DNA of 64,000 nt from Sarea resinae. Its lineage: Eukaryota. The position numbers and the translations under genes are program-made. Below are positions 59,365 to 64,000 of this stretch, in pieces (the stretch's first letter is position 1; the number at the start of each line of letters is the position of its first letter). A model generated the notes under the pieces. That model was not told the origin of the DNA. It was given only the letters and a program-made list of their open reading frames with translations, and searched no databases. The stretch lies in NCBI GenBank assembly GCA_026026165.1, contig JAPEUD010000098.1, forward strand, positions 1-64,000. The letters are read 5' to 3'.

Positions 59365-60289
59365 CTACTCGTCTTCGGCCCCCGCATCGCCACTCTTGAC
59401 GCTGTCCTTCCAAGTCTTTTCGAGAACCTTGGCCGAATAACTGCCGGCTCCGTCTTTGACCATTTCTGCCGCGATGCAAGCCCATTTTTGCCCCTCGAGC
59501 TTTGCCTCGACCTGTTTTTTAATGCGTTTGAGAATGATGCGCTGAAATTGAAAGTTAGACTCTTGGCATTTCAGCGCTACAGCGAAGGGCTTACATCTTC
59601 GGGCTTGACCTTATGAAGACCTGCCATGAGACGTCCGTACCGATTGGAGAGAGTACTGGCACCAGCTTTCTCGCCGGTTTTTTCGGCCCACTTCTGGCCA
59701 ATCTCAGCCCATGTCTTGCCCTCTCCCTTCATGTCGATCACCATGAGGTCTTCAGGACTAGCCTCCTCAATTGAAGTCGGAATAGGACGAGCCGCGTTTC
59801 TGGGCTTGCGGTGTTTCTTCGGGATCGTCTGCTTTGTGGCCTCAGATGATTTTTCGGTCTCTCCTGCGATGGCCGAGACCTTGCCGTTTTCGTTGCTCGG
59901 TGAATGAGGAACAGTCTTGTCCTGAGCCTGCTGCTAAAGGATGTCAGCGACGTTAAGCAGAGGAACTTGCGCCTGCGAGTTGCAAGCCATGACACGTCCA
60001 TATACTTTCGCGCGCAAGAGAGACTTGATGATTTGAATGGGAAGGTTTCTTGAAGACAACTCTCCGGGAATGCAATCGGAGAATCAGAGGAGAGCGAGGA
60101 AGGTTCACTTGATGAAGGATAGGTGTCTAAGCTTACTTCTTCAGGATCGATGCCGCTGGGCTGCTGCGCAATGTTTATCGGTGTGAACCCTTCTTTTAGC
60201 CGGAGACCGCTCTCGATATCAACTTGCTTGTTGTTTCTTTTCGAGTTGTCGCCCTGGAGCTGTAGAGTGGGACTCGAGTTGTCAGACAT
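59365..60289 (-). CDS. Myb/SANT-like DNA-binding domain protein, 3 or 4 exons
   Basis: Spliced: MSDNSS...DPEE|QQAQD...ARPIPTSIEEASPEDLMVIDMKGEGKTWAEIGQKWAEKTGEKAGASTLSNRYGRLM...PED|RIILKRIKKQVEAKLEGQKWACIAAEM...AEDE*; two W-x-x-I helix-turn-helix-like repeats. Confidence 0.7.
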
Positions 60290-62378
60290 GATTCTGTCTG
60301 CTTTAGATGGACGGGGAGAGGATGAAGGAAGTTGATGGGTACATCGATGAGAGTGCCTTGATGCGGGAGGAAGGGAGTGTTAAGAGTGGGAGGTGTCGAG
60401 ATCAGAGAGTCTATGAAGAAGGAAAGTTGAAGTGAAGAGCCTAACCAGCGTTCACTGGGGAGATGATGTCGTTGTAGGTGGCCGTTCAAGGTTGGGCGGC
60501 CGGTCTAAGAGGCAGTTTCACTGGGGGTCACATCGATGTACGAAGAGGGGGAGTCTCCGGGCAAAGTTAGGGGCGAACGTGAAGGGTTTGAACGGAATGC
60601 TTCCAGCGAGCTCAAAAGTCGAAAGCCGGCCTCTCATCTTTTTGAAGGGAGGCGTTGCAAAGCTATGTGTCTTTGGAATATTGTGGCAACCAGAGGGCCA
60701 CTCAATGAACAGCGTCCTCACAAGGTATAGTATGCTTTTGTTATCCATTTAGGGAGCTTCTCTCGCAAGGTGAGCAGCGAGACAACTGCGAAATTGGGTT
60801 CCGATAAACGTGGATATCAGAGATCTATTACTTTGGATTGGATAAAGTATACAGGGTTTATCGAAATCGTTCATTGATAGCCTTCCTCTGAATGAACTTT
60901 GACTTTTAGGAGGACGAGAAGGAATGGGACTGATAACCAAGCGGTGATACTTCTGGAACGACGGGCCCGAGAACAATTAGATGAAAGCTTATTGATGAGC
61001 CTCATTACTACTGTTATCAAAAGACCATGAGGAATCATGTTCGGCGCCCCGTGGCCTTATTAGCATCTCTTACTTCCTCTCGGGGATTCAGGGGCTTGTC
61101 TGTATGGGTCATTACTATGTGCCTCCCTTGGGCAGTCTGCTGCAAAGCAAACAATTCCAAGATCACGTTTCAGGATATCACGATACTTGGCCAACATGAC
61201 CATTGTCTTGTATATATCGTAATGGGCTACCAACGCCCGACATTCTTCGGCGTGTGAAGACTCAGCCTGGTGGTACGAATCGACGAGACGCTCGACCGTG
61301 GGGGATTTCGCTACGATCTGTCAGCTTGACACGAGATGCCACCTCAGGCTGTCTGTCAGTACTGACTGCAGTGACTGACTACTTCGTGCGTGACAACTCT
61401 CACATCACTTCCAGGTGTGCAGCAACTTCGAAAAGTATTTGTATACAGTCGTGATTGCTCGAGTACTCGGGTAGCACGACAGAGTCCTTTACTTCTGCGA
61501 ACATCTCTGATTCGGAAGGCCTCGAATGCTCGATCCTTCCATCTCACCTCACTGCCCTGTGTCAATCTGTATCACGGCACAAATCCGTTGCTCCAGCTTG
61601 CTCCTCCCTGCTTCCTGTATAGCGGAGGAGGCCTCAAGTCTAGTTGTTCAGTCGGCCCGTGAGCTATCCGCGTTGTACGACAGAGGTGAACACTCGACTC
61701 TGTGACTAGCATGGCCCCCCACTCTCCAGCTCTTGGCTCCAGTCATCAGAGAGGGAACGTCTGATGTTTGCTTCCTTGCAGCCTTGCTGGGCTTGAAAGT
61801 GCTTCCGCGTTTTGGGATCGGAGATTATTAGCAATCTGTGATGCACGGAACTCTATTTCGAGTTCCGTTTGGTTCCTTGATCTTTCATCAGTCGCAACGT
61901 GCCATGGTTCTTCAGGCAGAACTCGAGATCCGGTTGGCGTCCGTCTTCGACGGGAGTTCGCACCCGGCACACTGCAGCAGAGGCAAGCTCTCACCTCGAC
62001 AGATATACAGAGTGCAACCCGAGGCGCCTCTCTTTGAGACCCTCAACACCTAGACCGGGACGGACTGGCATCGAATTTTTGTCTTGTTGCTTTGGGGGTT
62101 TGTTTCCTTTCTTGTTTGCTGTGTGGCAAGACATCTTCTCACGCTTTTCTTTTTCTGCACTCTCTATCAAACTGGTTGTCCCAGCAGCGGCAGTGGTGGG
62201 CGCCTGCTGATGTTTGCCTGGGATATTTTGGGTTTATTTAAACGCGAAACTTCGTAGTCTTTTGAATCTTTTTACCTGTATAAGATCAGGCACTCTCAAC
62301 TTCTCCAGTCTCAGGACAACACTCTACTCGCACTAGTCTCCAATACCGTTTTCACTTCCTCAGAAGTGAAGATAAAGC

Positions 62379-63656
62379 ATGGAACTTTTCATCCGCAGAT
62401 CAAGCTACGGTCGAGCAAATCTTTTCTACTTCACTGTAGGAGGAAGATCTTATGAAATCTCTCTCGAGACTGTCGCCGCATATCTGCCAAAGCTGGGTAG
62501 ATCCATGCACTTACAGTTTTCTTACGCCTATGCCGACGCCTATCGAGATAGTGTCCAACCTCAGGAAGACGTGCTGGCTTTTAATTACGATCTGCGCCTT
62601 TGGAGAGATCAGAGAGCCGCCCAATGGATCTTGAAACACGTCGAAACCTGCGACAAGGATGGTGTCTCGAAAGAGCTATCCAAGTCTCTCGAGAAATATT
62701 TGAAGCGGAGAAAGGAAGAGAGGCGATATGGAGACGAGTGGAGGACCATGAAAGAGCTCCTGCAGATGTTTCTATCTGTCAGCAAGTTGTTGGGGCACCA
62801 CGCCTTTGGAAGTCACAACAGCCTGTTCAAAGAGCTAAGTGGGTTCTATATTCGCAACAGCCGTCAGCTCATCCGCCACATGCCACTGAAGATGTCACTG
62901 GATTACATCTACGCTCTCGAGAAGCTCGGTGATGTTACTGAGGCAGCCAAGTGGTTCGTCGTCGACCTTCCTCGTGAACAAAAGGAAAGACTCTGCAGAA
63001 GAGGAAGGGACTACAGGAGAACAAGGCTCGGCCACAAATTGTCATCCAGAACTATGAATATTCTCCAGACACTGGCATCGGCCAATCAATCCAGTCCTTA
63101 CCCAACGTATTATGAACCAGCCATCTTCCCACCCGGTGTGGGCCATTGCGTTGGAAATCTTCCCGTCGCCACCTACCGCCAACGTCCTTACAATCTTGAG
63201 CGCGGACCTCGGTGGGGTGCTGATATAGATCCCGAGGAACTCCACGAGATCGTGGAAGAAGAGCGAGAGCGCATCTTCGTCTTCGATGATATCTCCCCTT
63301 ATCGCCAGCACGCCTATCACCGCCGCCTTCAAGGACATCGCCGCGAGCTTAACTTCGAGAGCGATTTCGATAATCTGTCCCGACGCCGTCGTCGCCTTCG
63401 GGATGATTCGAGTGACGATGACGACGACCTCGCGGGCCCGCACGGCAGACGGGGACATCGGTATCCTTCTCGACAGACTCTCGATGATACTGATGTCTAC
63501 TACGGAGGGGAGGGGGTCCGTTATGGCAATCGAAGAGCATTAGACGATCTGGATGACGGGTGCCAGGGCTGGGGCTATCCCCAAAGTCGTTATCCAATGG
63601 GGGCCATTGAGCCTCCCCGTGGTCCATGGATGAGGGGAGGAGTGGCAAGAATCTAA
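62379..63656 (+). CDS. Hypothetical protein (425 aa), possible divergent N-terminal BTB/POZ domain, intronless
   Basis: Long ATG-started ORF with TATA-like elements near 62236 and 62279; globular-looking N-terminal half and an R/D/Y/G-rich, probably disordered C-terminal half. Confidence 0.75.
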   Translation: MELFIRRSSYGRANLFYFTVGGRSYEISLETVAAYLPKLGRSMHLQFSYAYADAYRDSVQPQEDVLAFNYDLRLWRDQRAAQWILKHVETCDKDGVSKELSKSLEKYLKRRKEERRYGDEWRTMKELLQMFLSVSKLLGHHAFGSHNSLFKELSGFYIRNSRQLIRHMPLKMSLDYIYALEKLGDVTEAAKWFVVDLPREQKERLCRRGRDYRRTRLGHKLSSRTMNILQTLASANQSSPYPTYYEPAIFPPGVGHCVGNLPVATYRQRPYNLERGPRWGADIDPEELHEIVEEERERIFVFDDISPYRQHAYHRRLQGHRRELNFESDFDNLSRRRRRLRDDSSDDDDDLAGPHGRRGHRYPSRQTLDDTDVYYGGEGVRYGNRRALDDLDDGCQGWGYPQSRYPMGAIEPPRGPWMRGGVARI

Positions 63657-64000
63657 GTTGGTCGTGTCCCGGCGTCCCTGAATTCTAGGGCCCGGATCAG
63701 AGAGCCGGGCAACGTCGCCGAGGCTCATCTCTGGTGGTCGGCAGTTCGTAGGGACTTTTTTTAGAGGGCTAGAGACACGCAAGGAGACTACAGTACTTGA
63801 CCGTGCATTACTCAAGATAGATCGTTCGAAACAATTTCTACATTACACCTTTGCGATTTCGCAAATCGATTTCTTTTTTTCAGCATTAATGATTTTCCTT
63901 GGCTGGAAGCCTTCGATGACCATGGTACCGATGAAGAAACGTTCTAGATGAATATATTATATTCTCTCAGTGCTATTTCTTCTGCTGCAGTTTGTCTTTT

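Noticed and set aside
1..64000. Many short antisense or overlapping ORFs, and possible in-frame stops needing readthrough or RNA editing
   Set aside because: The short ORFs are shadows of real genes, and the apparent internal stops I examined were removed by plausible introns; no editing-dependent ORF was found.

Overview
Gene-dense genomic DNA from a filamentous ascomycete (Pezizomycotina): short GT-AG introns with CTRAY branch sites and fungal gene families. About 20 protein-coding genes can be modelled by hand: a partial SAM-dependent (LaeA/TAM-like) methyltransferase, an S10 serine carboxypeptidase, a flavin-reductase-like protein, a Cic1/Utp30-type ribosomal L1-domain protein, a Tos4-like FHA protein, a small hypothetical protein, UPF2/NMD2, a class VI chitin synthase (ChsD-like), Hsp110 (Hsp88/Sse1), Eaf7, a gamma-tubulin complex component (GCP6-like), CENP-L/Fta1, nitrite reductase and nitrate reductase, a caleosin, Exo70, a cPLA2/lysophospholipase, a divergent cyclin-like protein, an AAA+ ATPase, a Myb-like protein and an orphan with a possible BTB domain. 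I found no rRNA, tRNA, transposon or CRISPR, and no clearly novel multi-gene system. The most notable points are: a head-to-tail two-gene nitrate assimilation cluster with no transporter in the window and one NirA-type site upstream of each gene; an AT-hook inserted in CENP-L; unusual splicing (a GC-AG intron and a stop-spanning intron in UPF2, a TAGTAG acceptor in GCP6, an apparent GT-AT intron in the methyltransferase); MCB boxes on the cell-cycle genes; and a recurring intergenic TACGGAGTA/TACTCCGGAGTA motif. All family calls come from recalled motifs, not database searches.
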